Below, piece by piece: positions 22,370 to 33,601 of a DNA stretch of 64,000 nucleotides. Origin of the DNA: Fistulifera solaris (taxonomy: Eukaryota). Each line of letters starts with the position of its first letter. The first letter of the stretch is position 1. The position numbers and the translations under genes are program-made. Location of the stretch: contig AP026139.1 of NCBI GenBank assembly GCA_030295235.1, forward strand, positions 434,001 through 498,000. Direction: 5' to 3'. The notes under the pieces are model-generated. The model saw only the letters and a program-made list of their open reading frames with translations, did no database searches and was not told the origin of the DNA.

Positions 22370-22890
22370 ATGGGGCAAGCATGCTGCAAGACCAAAGCTT
22401 CTGACTGGAGAGAGGCCAAGAAGGACGAAGGCGGAGATAGTACGTTGCGCGTCATGTTCAATCGATTTGACAAGGATCGGAAAGGTTATATAAGCAAAGA
22501 CGATTTGCAAAAGATGATGCGCGATGATAAAACGCATTTTCAGGGGAAAGATGCGAACCATATAAGTAAGTGCTTCATGCATCGCTGGAAGATCTCTCTC
22601 AAGAACTCGTTTCTGGAGCGAATATACTCGTGTTTTTCTTCTACCTCTGCTGCTGTTCTAATCATCGAGTTCTTTACCGCGCTCTTGCTCCAGTGGAGAA
22701 ATACGGAACGGGCGATCAGTTGAATTTTTCTGCTTTCGAGCTTTGGTGGAAATCTACTTACACAACCTACAGCGACGATGCTCTTTCCCGAATGGTGGAA
22801 GAAGTCGAAACATCACCGTCTACACTGGATCCGATACCCGAATTGCATAATGTGCCTCACAACTCCAATATTGTTGTGAGTCGATCTTAA
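22370..22890 (+). CDS. EF-hand calcium-binding protein with N-terminal acylation motif
   Basis: MGQACC (myristoylation/palmitoylation-like) and EF loop DKDRKGYISKDD; intron 22566-22693 joins HI-M-EKYG. Confidence 0.85.
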
Positions 22891-23168
22891 AAGAAAACAG
22901 CTGCTGTACTTAGATTCATTGTCGATAAATCATACTACGTATATCTTAAAGTAATCAACTAGTAAAAAAAACGGACGCTTACTTGAACGGATAATCGATT
23001 CATACAAAGTATTCGGCACCATTTCTGATAATTTTCAGGAAAACCAGCCTGATCATTTTGTTGAGATCAAAGCACCTTTTCTAATTATGATTCTTAATGA
23101 CTATAACGAGTCAATCCACGAGTCGAAATATGACAATCTAGTCGTTCTAAGAGATCAACTCGCAACGA

Positions 23169-24076
23169 CTACTTCTTCGGCGACTCCACAGCAACACTCG
23201 CTGGCAACGCCGCATCGACTGCAGGAGGTTTGCCTTGCATCCAAGCACGAATGTACAAGAACAAGATACTCAAACTACCCCAAGTCAAACCCGCCACGAC
23301 TCCCGCATCCACAATGTTCCTCCACGGATACGGAAAGCGTTTCACTAAAGCAACGATGGCCGCGACACCCATCGTCACACTCCAACTGACAATGGCACGT
23401 TTGCGCGTCGCGTGGATCATCCCCATACTGTACAATGGAGCGAGAAGGAAGTGATACCATTGGGTGCCATTTTGCCCGGAATCAAGGTAAAGGATCGTGT
23501 CACAACGAGGGGACTGAATTTTTGTTGAAAACCTTTGTAGCCTTCGACGTACGCGAACCACAAACACGTGACAATATACGCTCTGGTGACGATTGTATAC
23601 AATAATTGTGGATAAGAAACTCTTGGAAAGAATACGACCGTCAAAGTGAGGTACTCACCCTAGCTGAAATTGTGTCAAGGGTACGGCTCCAGCGAGGAAT
23701 GGCTCCTGAGCAATTGGCATGACTCGTTTGATAGCCTTGGCTAGTATATACAATACACCACCAGTTCCCCAAATAGAACCACTGATGACACAAAGCGATC
23801 GAGCGAGAAAAAAAGCAACGATCTGGATGAGAAGAAGCAAAGTCTTGTACGCGCGCGCAAAGGACAAGGCAAAACTTACAAAATTGTAACAGTACTTGTA
23901 AAAGGGCATTTCGTTTCGGCTTGATAGGGAGAAGACGCTTTTAAGTAGCCTCCTCGCAAGGGCGCCGGTCTCGTCGTGTGAATCGACGGAGCGTGATGCA
24001 TAGGTTGCAGATTGGAAAAGCCGTAAGTTATCTGTACCAGCAAAGCTGTCAGCGACATGAGAAACGACAACCGCAT
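23169..24076 (-). CDS. Conserved hypothetical multi-pass membrane protein with targeting peptide, 3 exons
   Basis: Introns 23782-23879 and 23583-23658 give an intact frame with GSIWGTGG, AYVEGYKGFQQKFSP and PYPWRNIVDAGVV. Confidence 0.8.
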
Positions 24077-24429
24077 GATAATTGGTGTTTGTAAGTATAA
24101 TAAAAAGAATAAGACAACCAAACGATTATGATGTCCTTTTGAGGTGCGAAGACGACAAGCATCCGAAAAGGCTTGTGGAGGAAAAGTGTCGGATCGTCGG
24201 ATCCGTCGCGGATATCTTTTGCGGCCGAGAAATGTTACCTATGCGACATAAGGTTACACCACATCCGACCGATCTGATAGATCTAAAACGTGTAGGACTG
24301 TATTAATAGAGAGTATGAGTTTTTTTCGTCCGTGCATAAAAACGTGTCGCAAACAGAACATCAACATCGACATTTTCATTCTGCTTTCATTCGTTGCATT
24401 AGAAGTCAAGTCTCTGCAACAATAATAGT

Positions 24430-25527
24430 ATGAATCAATCGTTACCACCTTGCCCCTGTCACTCCAAACGACGTGTATTGTGTCACTATTGCGTAGAACG
24501 AGCGCTAAAACCACTCCAAGAACGACACCGAGAAGCTCGCGAACGCTGGGACAATGCACGCACGAATTGTATCATTCGTTCGGAAGACACGACTTTGGCC
24601 GAATTGCAAGAAACCAGTCGAAGGTTACGACAGCGACTCGAATTTTTGAATGAACTGACGTCCTCTACGGCTCTGGAAGTGTGTGCCGCGGCCATGGCGA
24701 ATGAACGACCGCCACCCGCACTCGAGGTACACGAAGTACACCAACGCTTGCAGGCATTTCAGCAAGCCAGTTACCCGGCATTGCACGGTGCGTATGACTC
24801 GGCGCAACAGCAAATAAGAGCTTTGAGGATGCAATGGGCTTTAGCAGCGTTTCGGATTCATAAAATAGTCGTCGATCCCATCATCAAGACCGATCACAAA
24901 CAGGCACGCGGAATTGGAAAGATTGGAGGATTGCCTCTTCCCAACGCCGGTCCCGAACTATTTGCGGTACTCCCGGCATCGGAATTACAATCTGCATTGC
25001 GTATGGTGGCGTCATCGACCTGTTTAGTCGCAAGGTGTTTGGGAATTTCGTTGCCTCATCCCATCTTGCTACGACCATCTCTGCAGCAGGACGACATTAT
25101 TAAATATGGAGATGCATCGAAAGTCGAAACCAGCAACATATCAACGAATCTCTCGAGTTCCGTGGCAATGACAGCTCAGAAAGTGTCGCGGTCGGTTTTT
25201 GCGTCTCCCAGAGCGGGAAGTGAAAGTGTCTTATCCGCGCCACCTTCCATGGACCCCGCCAAAGTTCAGCAACGACTCCGGCATAGTCGTGCCGCAATCA
25301 TGGCCGAAAATACGTCCCCAAATAGTACAACCTACGCACTCGAAGCCTCGGTATTGGGAGAAGAGTTTGCTACCGCTTGGCAGTTGTTACAGAACAATGT
25401 CGTCTATCTTTGTATTCGAGCCGGTGTCCCCGTGTCCAATCTGTGGCCCGCACAAGCCGTTCTACTCAATTTACACGCCCTTTATCTGTATTGCAAAGAA
25501 GAGGAGGAAATTGCCGAGCACACATAA
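24430..25527 (+). CDS. ATG14/UVRAG(Vps38)-like PI3K complex subunit
   Basis: N-terminal CxC...CxxC, coiled coil, IGGLPLP, SAL..V......A..LGI.LPHPI and F..A..LL..NV..LC. Confidence 0.7.
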   Translation: MNQSLPPCPCHSKRRVLCHYCVERALKPLQERHREARERWDNARTNCIIRSEDTTLAELQETSRRLRQRLEFLNELTSSTALEVCAAAMANERPPPALEVHEVHQRLQAFQQASYPALHGAYDSAQQQIRALRMQWALAAFRIHKIVVDPIIKTDHKQARGIGKIGGLPLPNAGPELFAVLPASELQSALRMVASSTCLVARCLGISLPHPILLRPSLQQDDIIKYGDASKVETSNISTNLSSSVAMTAQKVSRSVFASPRAGSESVLSAPPSMDPAKVQQRLRHSRAAIMAENTSPNSTTYALEASVLGEEFATAWQLLQNNVVYLCIRAGVPVSNLWPAQAVLLNLHALYLYCKEEEEIAEHT

Positions 25528-25699
25528 AAGGCATTGTTGTGGTCGTGGACCAGTTATTCTGCCGATTTCAAATTGATGATTTTTGAAAATTGCGTTTCAT
25601 AATTATATAAGTTGATACAATATTAAATTATTCGCTTGCACATGAGCGCCAGGTACTGAATTTATTTCCTTCTTGGCGTGGAAGATTTAGCGACTTCTT

Positions 25700-26620
25700 T
25701 CTAGATTGTTGAAGAACGACTTGGTGAAGGCTCAAACTTTATCAACATCAAACTTAGTGCCGTTCTTGTCGATGCACGACATTCAACGCCCCCCAACGTG
25801 AGTCATACCTAGATGCTTCATTTCTACATCGGATAATATCTCAGTAAAGGTCTTTCGAAAGCGCATTTCCTCTTGAATCATGTCGGACCACTCCATTTGA
25901 TCGGACAAGACCGCTTTGCGCACCCAGCGACACGATTCAAATCCCCATTTCCTTGAAGAACAAAGTTGGACATGAACACCGCATGAAGGCCGAAGGTTAG
26001 AGCAACGGGCACTAGCCTTGTGAGATCTCCCTTTAAGTGACGGTGCAACAAATCAAAAACGGTAATTAAATATGACCGACTTGGTAGCTTGTCAATGGGT
26101 GCAAATCTGCAAATCTTCGATAATTCAGGTAGAATAGCAGTCGCAAACAGACCATCTAAATCGTTTCGTGTGCCGCAAACAAGACTCTTCTTTTCATCGA
26201 ATGGCGGTCCAAACGATTCTGCTCGCCCAACCGGTATTTCGTTTCATTGCTAAAGTTGCGTGCATGGAACTCGACATCACAGAGAGTTTTAAAACAAGTG
26301 AGCCCATGAATAAATCGCACATATCCCTCTACCACTCGCGGCTCCAAACCAGACCTCTTGACATACCGATTGATAATAGAGGGCATTCTTTCGTGTCCAT
26401 TTTGGTTGTGAAAAGCACATTCGATCACTTCTGCCAAAAACCGACGACTCATATGAGGAGGTTTCCGTCGTCAGATTTTGTCGATCAGTTTGTTGATCTC
26501 AGCACTGAATTCCGTCATGAAAACAAGTGCCAGGGCGTGATAAAAGGAAGTTAAGTGAGGGTGTTCTATCGACAAAACTCATTCTCCGCTCGAATCACGC
26601 TGTCGATTGCGACATTCGCT
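25700..26620 (-). pseudogene. Heavily deleted remnant of the DUF6604-like family found at 36-41 kb
   Basis: IEHPHLTSFYHALALVF...INKLIDKI*RRKPPHM (TGA at 26471-26473), NRYVKRSGL, LSDQMEWSDM and WGR*MSCID all align with copy B. Boundaries approximate. Confidence 0.75.
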
Positions 26621-26737
26621 ACGACTCCTCATTCCATCACTAACTGAATGCAGCTTGAAGACGGATGGGTTGCCTTTTCCCCCCTCATGTAACTTTCTTA
26701 GAGCCCATTAGCGCAAACTGTAAAGAATGCTACAGTG

Positions 26738-27922
26738 TTAAGCCATTTCTAGTGTTTCGCCCTGTGCGAACCGCACCAACCGCTCTATCCATGCGGGATT
26801 TTCCAATTGACAATGTACCGTTTTCTCCAGAACTGGATGCGAAAAGCTGATTTCCATGGCCCAAAGACATAGCTTGGAACTGTACGGAGCTGGTTGCGGT
26901 TTACCGCCACCATACCGCAAATCTCCCACGATTGGATGTTTCAATATCTGCAAATGCTTCCGAAGTTGATGCTTTCGGCCCGTTTCCAGCCACAGATCGA
27001 GGACCGTCACGTAAGTGTCGGGCAAACTAATCGATGTGTCTACTCCCCGCAGGAATATTGGTATAACTTGTACCGGTCTATATTCCGTCTTGGCGTGTCG
27101 GCCTTGGATCGGCTCTTCACAAATCCCCCCGCTTCGACAAGCACCCCACACCAAAGCACGGTATCGCTTGTGACATTGGCGTGTCGCGAATGCTTCACGG
27201 AGTTTGACTTCGGCGGAGCGTGTCTTGGCCACGACCAACAATCCCCCCGTTGCACTATCCAAACGATGTACCGGTCGTGGTTTACGATACGCATTGGGGT
27301 CGTTGGTTGCGACCGAGGTTGCTAGTGGCGACAATAGGTCCGATTTCCACAATGTCTCTTTATCTCCTTGAACTGGCATACCCTGTGGTTTATCAATGAC
27401 AGCCAGTGCATCGTCGCTGTATACGATCCGTAGGGGTTGTTGGTAAATAGAATTCTTTTCAATGATCGGATGTAGTTGGTTCATGTGCATTTGAGCGGAG
27501 GTGATGGTGGCAAAGGATTTCCGACAGGTCGCACATATGATGCGTTTGCTCGGCAGGGTATCGGCTCGTCGGATCCATTGTAACTTCCATCGACTTACGA
27601 CATTCGTTTCATGGCTCGTTTCGATAGAGATGACACGGACATCACAATGTTTTGGAAGTAGAATGAGCCCGCCGTAATGGCATGAATGGAGGATGTCCCC
27701 CTCGACGCGGAACGGCAAATCCTGACGAAGAAAAATATTTTCTCCTTGTCTTATCTCAATATAAGCCTTTTCTAATGAGGACTCCCAAACAAACGAGTAA
27801 AGACCAGCCTCTTGGACATATTGCGATTCTTGTAACTGTTTCCAATTCGATTCCCAAGACCGATCAGGAAGAATCGTCGAGTTATCTTCGATCGCTACCA
27901 TCTTGGTGCCAGGAGAAAGCAA
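26738..27922 (-). CDS. RluA-family pseudouridine synthase with a C2H2 zinc finger
   Basis: IDKPQGM, HRLDSATGGLL (catalytic Asp), TGRKHQLRKH and HPIVGD..YG; zinc finger CATCRKSF.....MHMNQLH. Confidence 0.92.
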   Translation of the reverse strand: MLSPGTKMVAIEDNSTILPDRSWESNWKQLQESQYVQEAGLYSFVWESSLEKAYIEIRQGENIFLRQDLPFRVEGDILHSCHYGGLILLPKHCDVRVISIETSHETNVVSRWKLQWIRRADTLPSKRIICATCRKSFATITSAQMHMNQLHPIIEKNSIYQQPLRIVYSDDALAVIDKPQGMPVQGDKETLWKSDLLSPLATSVATNDPNAYRKPRPVHRLDSATGGLLVVAKTRSAEVKLREAFATRQCHKRYRALVWGACRSGGICEEPIQGRHAKTEYRPVQVIPIFLRGVDTSISLPDTYVTVLDLWLETGRKHQLRKHLQILKHPIVGDLRYGGGKPQPAPYSSKLCLWAMEISFSHPVLEKTVHCQLENPAWIERLVRFAQGETLEMA

Positions 27923-28334
27923 CTTACGAGTGAATCAAGACCTGATTATAACAACGCGAGACGAGATTGCTTTCGTCAGATCTGGGAAAGCGGTGAATGC
28001 TCAATTCTCATTGTAATGAATGGTGTCGGCACCTTAATTCTTTCATTTTTTGGTTGATGGAAACGCGCGAAGTTGGAAGGAGAAACAAGAACACATTTCA
28101 GCTTACAGTAAGAAATTTTGTTTTTTAAGTAAGAAATATGCCATTTAAACAGTTGAGTCCTGATACGATACATGAGTGGACAATTTCAGCTATAGCTTGA
28201 ATGAGACGCTACCTGGTACTGTACTGGAAGTGCTTCTCGTGCATTCATTCAAGGCAATAAAAAAAAATGAAAAACAAGAAGCTGCATTATAAAATTGCTC
28301 ATTTCCTTCTTTTTCTTTCATTTCTTTCCATAAA

Positions 28335-31300
28335 ATGACACTCCGGATACAATGGACTGTATTAGCGTGGCTTGTATTGTGGTGGTCGGGATGTTACAGC
28401 TCCAGCGACTGGACGTACTGTGACGGCGCCTTTCGGATCCGTCGCGATGACCACGGCGATGTGTACGTGTACGCTCATACGCTCGACAGCGGCTTGCTCA
28501 TTCCTCCGCAATTTTATCCTCCTCCGGAAGAAACATTGACGCACGTACGGTTCATTGAATTGCTGGGAAAAGTCACGCAATACAATTTCGAAAAGACCCT
28601 CGATCAACATACGTCGGTCCAGCGACTGGTGGCGGAGCCCTTTGTGTATCCGGAATTTTTGGAGTTTTTGCGCATCAAAAAGTTCGAATGCGGTGAATTG
28701 TGGACGCAATCCGAAGAAAGTCAAGTGACGCGCATGGCGCTGTCTCATTTTACGCGGAAGTGGAAGGAATGAAAGGTTTGACCAATTGGGTGAATCCGTC
28801 AACATCGTTTTGCACGTGGAAGGGGATTTATTGTGATAGTAAATGGAAATTTCAGGAGCTAAAGTTGACACATCTGTCGTTAAAAGGAACTTTGCCGACG
28901 GAACTGGGACTGATCCCGTCTTTGCCGGTTCTGGATTTGTCGGGCAATCAATTGCATGGGACTATTCCAGCGGCACTCTTTTCCAATATTCAACATTTAG
29001 ACTTGTCCGGGAATCAGTTTACTAGTATAGCTTGGGAAAAGAGTCAAATCAATCCGCATAGTTCGAAGGAACCTGTTATTGAATATCTGGATGTCTCTTT
29101 GAACCATTTGTCCGGGTCATTTCCGACTCGATGGAACTCGCAACTTGCGAATTTGCGCATTCTCGATGTCAGTCGGAATGCTTTCACCGGACTAATCACG
29201 TCGTTGGCCAGTGGGGATTTACCGTCGCTGGAAATGCTCTTCTTGGGTGCTAATTTGTTTACGGGCACTCTACCGACCTTCACCGGATCTTCCTTGCGAC
29301 TCCTAGATGTCGGACTGAATTTGTTAACGGGGACGATTCCTGCACCCTTACCCACATCACTGGAAGCTGTGATTCTAGCCGACAATGACTTAGAGGGAGA
29401 AAAGACACTAGACTTGTTTTTGCCGCTATCCAGGTTGGAAGTGTTGCAATTGCAAAACAATCATTTGCGTGGTACTATTCCCGCTACAGCGCCGTGGTCC
29501 GAACTAGGAACCTTGTCATTTCGAAACAACGAATTCACGGGACCTATCCCTCCGCGCTTTCTACAAACCGTTCAGCACACCATGCAGTAGTGAGTATTCC
29601 CTTGTTTCGTAGCATCCTGTGGGCATATTCGTTGTGGTACCACTAACACGATTTGTCCATAGCCTGGATGTGGCTTTCAATAGGTTAACTGGAATTCTTG
29701 CTCCTGACGTTGGGCTGTTGAAAAGTATGCGGACCATAGATGCCGCTGTGAATCGTCTGCGCGGAACGCTTCCCAATGAAATGTTGGGCCTGGAACCGAA
29801 CCTGCGATTGAATTTTTCGGACAACAATATCATCGGAACAGTTCCGCACCTCTTTTGTGGCTATGGTACCGCCAATATGCTGTATCGAGAATTCGGATGT
29901 GACGCTGTTTTGTGTCGGGCCGGCACGTTCAACCCGCATGGCCATGCGACACTTCACTCAGCCTGTCGATCTTGTCCTGATGGCAATCCCATTATTGGGC
30001 GCACGAAATGTGAAAACGTTGATTTTGTTCATGGTGACTTGAATGGCGACGGAATTCTTTCTGCCCGGGAAGTGCTTAGAATGGTGTACATTGACCTGAT
30101 GGGTCGGTTCTGGGGGAAGAATTTTCAGTCTTGGGCCGACATGAGTATTCATGAGTGTAACTTGATGGGAATTACTTGTAATGACGACGGACAAATTACA
30201 AAAATTGATCTTTCAGCTGCCACAATATGTTCCGATGGTGATGGAAGACCCGGGCCTGTTCACTATTGCAACGGGCTACCGGGTGAAATCGGTACTTTGA
30301 GCCATCTGGAAGAATTCTCCGCAAAGTCCAGCCCCTTTCTACGGGGGACACTCCCGCCGGAATTGGGGAATCTTAAGAAGCTGCAAATACTCGATCTAGC
30401 GGGGCCGAATGCTATTTCTGGTTTGATTCCTCCTGAACTAGGAAACCTGACAATGTTGCACTCTTTGGATCTTTCAAATACTAGGTTGCGTGGACGAATG
30501 CCTACAGAATTATATGCGATTACAAGCTTAAAGAGGCTGCAACTGAACAACAACAAGCTGACGGGGACTATTCCTTCTTCATTGGGAAACCTTCCAAATT
30601 TGCAGACAGTGCTGTTGTCAAGGAATCGACTTAACGGCACTATACCGTCCGAAATATCTGGCGCTACCAATTTAGAAAACATTGAGGCGTACGCCAACTC
30701 GCTTAGCGGGTCTATACCAACGGAGATTGGAATGTGCACAAAACTGAAGCGTATCGGTGAGTTGATAAACTCGTCCTTGGTCGCCTATTGATCTGTATAT
30801 TGAATTGACCTGATCTCTGTCACTCCTTTCCAGACCTCTTCAGCAACAAATTAGAGGGGACGATCCCCAGCGAGCTCGGCAATGCACCATGGCTTCAGAT
30901 CATACATTTGAAAAAGAATCAACTTACTGGAACGATCCCATCTTCTTTTGGGAACCTCGAGTATCTCAGCTGGTTGGATGCCTCGGACAACATACTCATC
31001 GGCACAATCCACCCATCGTTTGCGGAGATTAGGGTTCTCCGCGATCTTCGATTAGGGGGGAATCGGATCTATGACCCGATTCCTCCCGAGCTGTGTAGAA
31101 GCGCGATTCTGAATGGTGGTGCCGCGAAGCGGGTTTGGTTGTGATGCTATTCTCTGTCCACTCGGCACTTATGCTCACGACGGGCTCGCAACGAATGATG
31201 TTGGTTGCAAGCCGTGTCCGGAGGGCACGACCACCATGTACTTGGGAGCTCATCATTGCATACAACTGTCAGAAAAAGATATCTTGTCTATTTTCTTTGG

Positions 31301-31455
31301 AAGTAATGAACGGGAACGAATGGCCGGATGAGGCGAAGAAGAACTGGGGAGATCATGCGGTTGATGTATGTGAATGGGGTGGCATTATTTGCGACGAAAA
31401 TGGCGAGGTGGAAAGTTTATCTTTCCCCACTCTTGGTGCGGTTCATGCTTCGTGA
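28335..31455 (+). CDS. Secreted leucine-rich-repeat protein with Cys-rich and EF-hand-like inserts (frameshifted)
   Basis: Signal peptide, many LxxLxLxxNxLxGTIP repeats, two FGCDA.LC..GT....G.AT....C..C modules and GDLNGDGILSARE. Introns near 29590-29661 and 30757-30833; about 4 homopolymer indels; no TM or kinase domain seen. Confidence 0.85.
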
Positions 31456-31749
31456 GGCCGATAATGTGACGATTATGTTGTAAACATATGACGTGAACGA
31501 AGGAGGAAACAAACTCGACATCGCATGATGAAGCGCATTAACTGCTTTTGCAGCACGACAAGCTGATTTCACTCGGAATGCTAAAACGCCTAAGCAACCT
31601 TGGGACCGAATCATGACAAAGACTTTTTTACTTCAATAAAATAGCAGAATAAAGCATTCTCTGACTGACACCCGTGGTAGAACCCAACGTATTATCATGT
31701 TTAGTAACATTAAGAGAATAAGAGAACAAATCCTATTGATTCCTAGTGT

Positions 31750-32136
31750 CTAATGGTCCGGTGCTCCTCCGTGCTTTTCGTAATACTCATGAAGAGCTTT
31801 CTTTTGCACGTCGCGCTTGTGCGAAGTCACTTGGCCTGTTTTCGATTGATTATGATGTTAAAAAAAGATGAGTACAACAGAGCAGGCATTCCGACTTTTC
31901 TCATTCCACACTTACCCTTGTAAGCAATGTAACTAGTGGTGTACATGATGAAGGATACAGCCATCATCGTGTGCCACAAAGGCTTGGGGCTAAAATATAA
32001 GCAACAATTGTTAGCATCTCGGAAGTTTTGTTCGCTTTCATTACAGAGGTTGTACTCACCTGCCCTGGCGAATGAGCGGATGGTAGTAGTTGTGCATGGC
32101 TGTTTTGATAGCCGAAAAATCAGGAAGACTCGCCAT
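31750..32136 (-). CDS. Mitochondrial ATP synthase subunit f-like protein (78 aa, 3 exons; absent from ORF track)
   Basis: Introns 31990-32059 and 31836-31915 give MASLPDFSAIKTAMHNYYHPLIRQGSPKPLWHTMMAVSFIMYTTSYIAYKGQVTSHKRDVQKKALHEYYEKHGGAPDH*. The Y...I..GS..PL.H-TM-Y...Y pattern recalls subunit f. Confidence 0.75.
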
Positions 32137-32497
32137 GATGATAGTTTTATTTATTATAGGTAACTGCAGAAGCCAACAGGATAATAATACAATCCTGCGT
32201 TTGCTTTATTGTTGCACAACAAAAAAAAACCGCGGTCGCATCGCAGGCAGCCGCAAAAATCGCTGACGGACCGAAGACATTTCGTCAACATTCTAGCACA
32301 AAGTGAACTATGAAGACCCGGATTTTGTCGGTCATGAATGAATTGTCATCAGACAACGTCATGACGTCATTCAACTTTGTTCATCTGTCCATCGCACGTC
32401 TTTCTAAACATCCGTCGCACCATCATCTTTCGACAAAAGTCGACCAACTTTGGACACAAGCGACGATGATTGCGTCAAAATAGGCTCAAACACAAGC

Positions 32498-33576
32498 ATG
32501 ATAGTTACAACAGCACTCCTATTATTCTCTACACAACTAGCGAACGGCTTTGGGGTGAGCCGACTACCCCAGAGAGCTCACAGCACGGGCTTCTATTCGA
32601 CCCTTCCTCGCATCGAACTTCCACCCACCCATCCGTCTCCTCCCCACACCTTTGCGGGATTGGTCGAACAAGCCATTCAGGAACGTTTTCAAAATGTTGA
32701 TCGAGTTTTAGAATCGTGGCGTTTATTGGAACTTGGATACCATCACAAAGTATTTGTGGGGGAAGATAAGAAAAGCGAGGAAAACCCCATGCTGTATCAG
32801 GAATGTCACTCTTACGTTCCAGGCTTATCGATACAACCTTTCTGGAGTGTTGATACCGTCCCGTGGGCACAAAAACTTAAAGGCAAGTATCCCATCATAC
32901 TGAAAGAATTCCAGAAAGCGACAGCGAACCGAGAACAGCTGCAACAACAAGGCAACAACATTTGGACGGGTGCATTGACGGAAGATGCCAGTAGCTATGG
33001 CGTGGGATGGAAGACTCTGGTTCTCATGGATCGGGGTGTTTGGGACCCCATCAATGTCGAATTATTCCCGAAAACGGCGCAGGCTGTTCGGGATGCGGGT
33101 GTTCCGGCGGTCGAAGTCTTTTTGCCAGTATGGAGCCCCATTCGCGAATACAACCGCATTCGGACTTTACGAACTTCGTGTTGACGAGTCACCTTGCACT
33201 TGATATCCCCTATTCAGGATTAAATCAATGTCGCTTGACGATTGCTGATCAGACGCGGGAATGGATCAATGGCGACGTGATGCTGTTTGATACATCTCTG
33301 ATGCACGATGCCGTCAACGACAGCGATCGAACACGGTACATTCTAATGTTTCGCGTGTGGCATCCAGATTTGACTGATTCTGAACGCCAAGCGTTGCAAT
33401 TTATCTATGATTGTTTGAATGCACCTGAAATTGTGACGGGGGCGACAGCGGAAGAAAGAGAACGGACTGAGTTGGCAATGCTTGCTGCAAGAACTTTCCC
33501 CTCAAAGAAGAATGCATCCCAAGGGTTTGGGGGCCAAAGTACATCTAACAAATTTTCAAAGAAGAAAAGGAAATAA
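32498..33576 (+). CDS. Aspartyl/asparaginyl beta-hydroxylase-domain 2OG oxygenase, probably plastid-targeted
   Basis: IQPHSD, HLALDIP, REW..G...LFDTS..HDAVN and R.IL..RVWHPDL; signal peptide ending ANG-F; frameshift at ~33120. Confidence 0.88.
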
Positions 33577-33601
33577 GTTCTGTGATTCATAACGATTTAC
33601 G

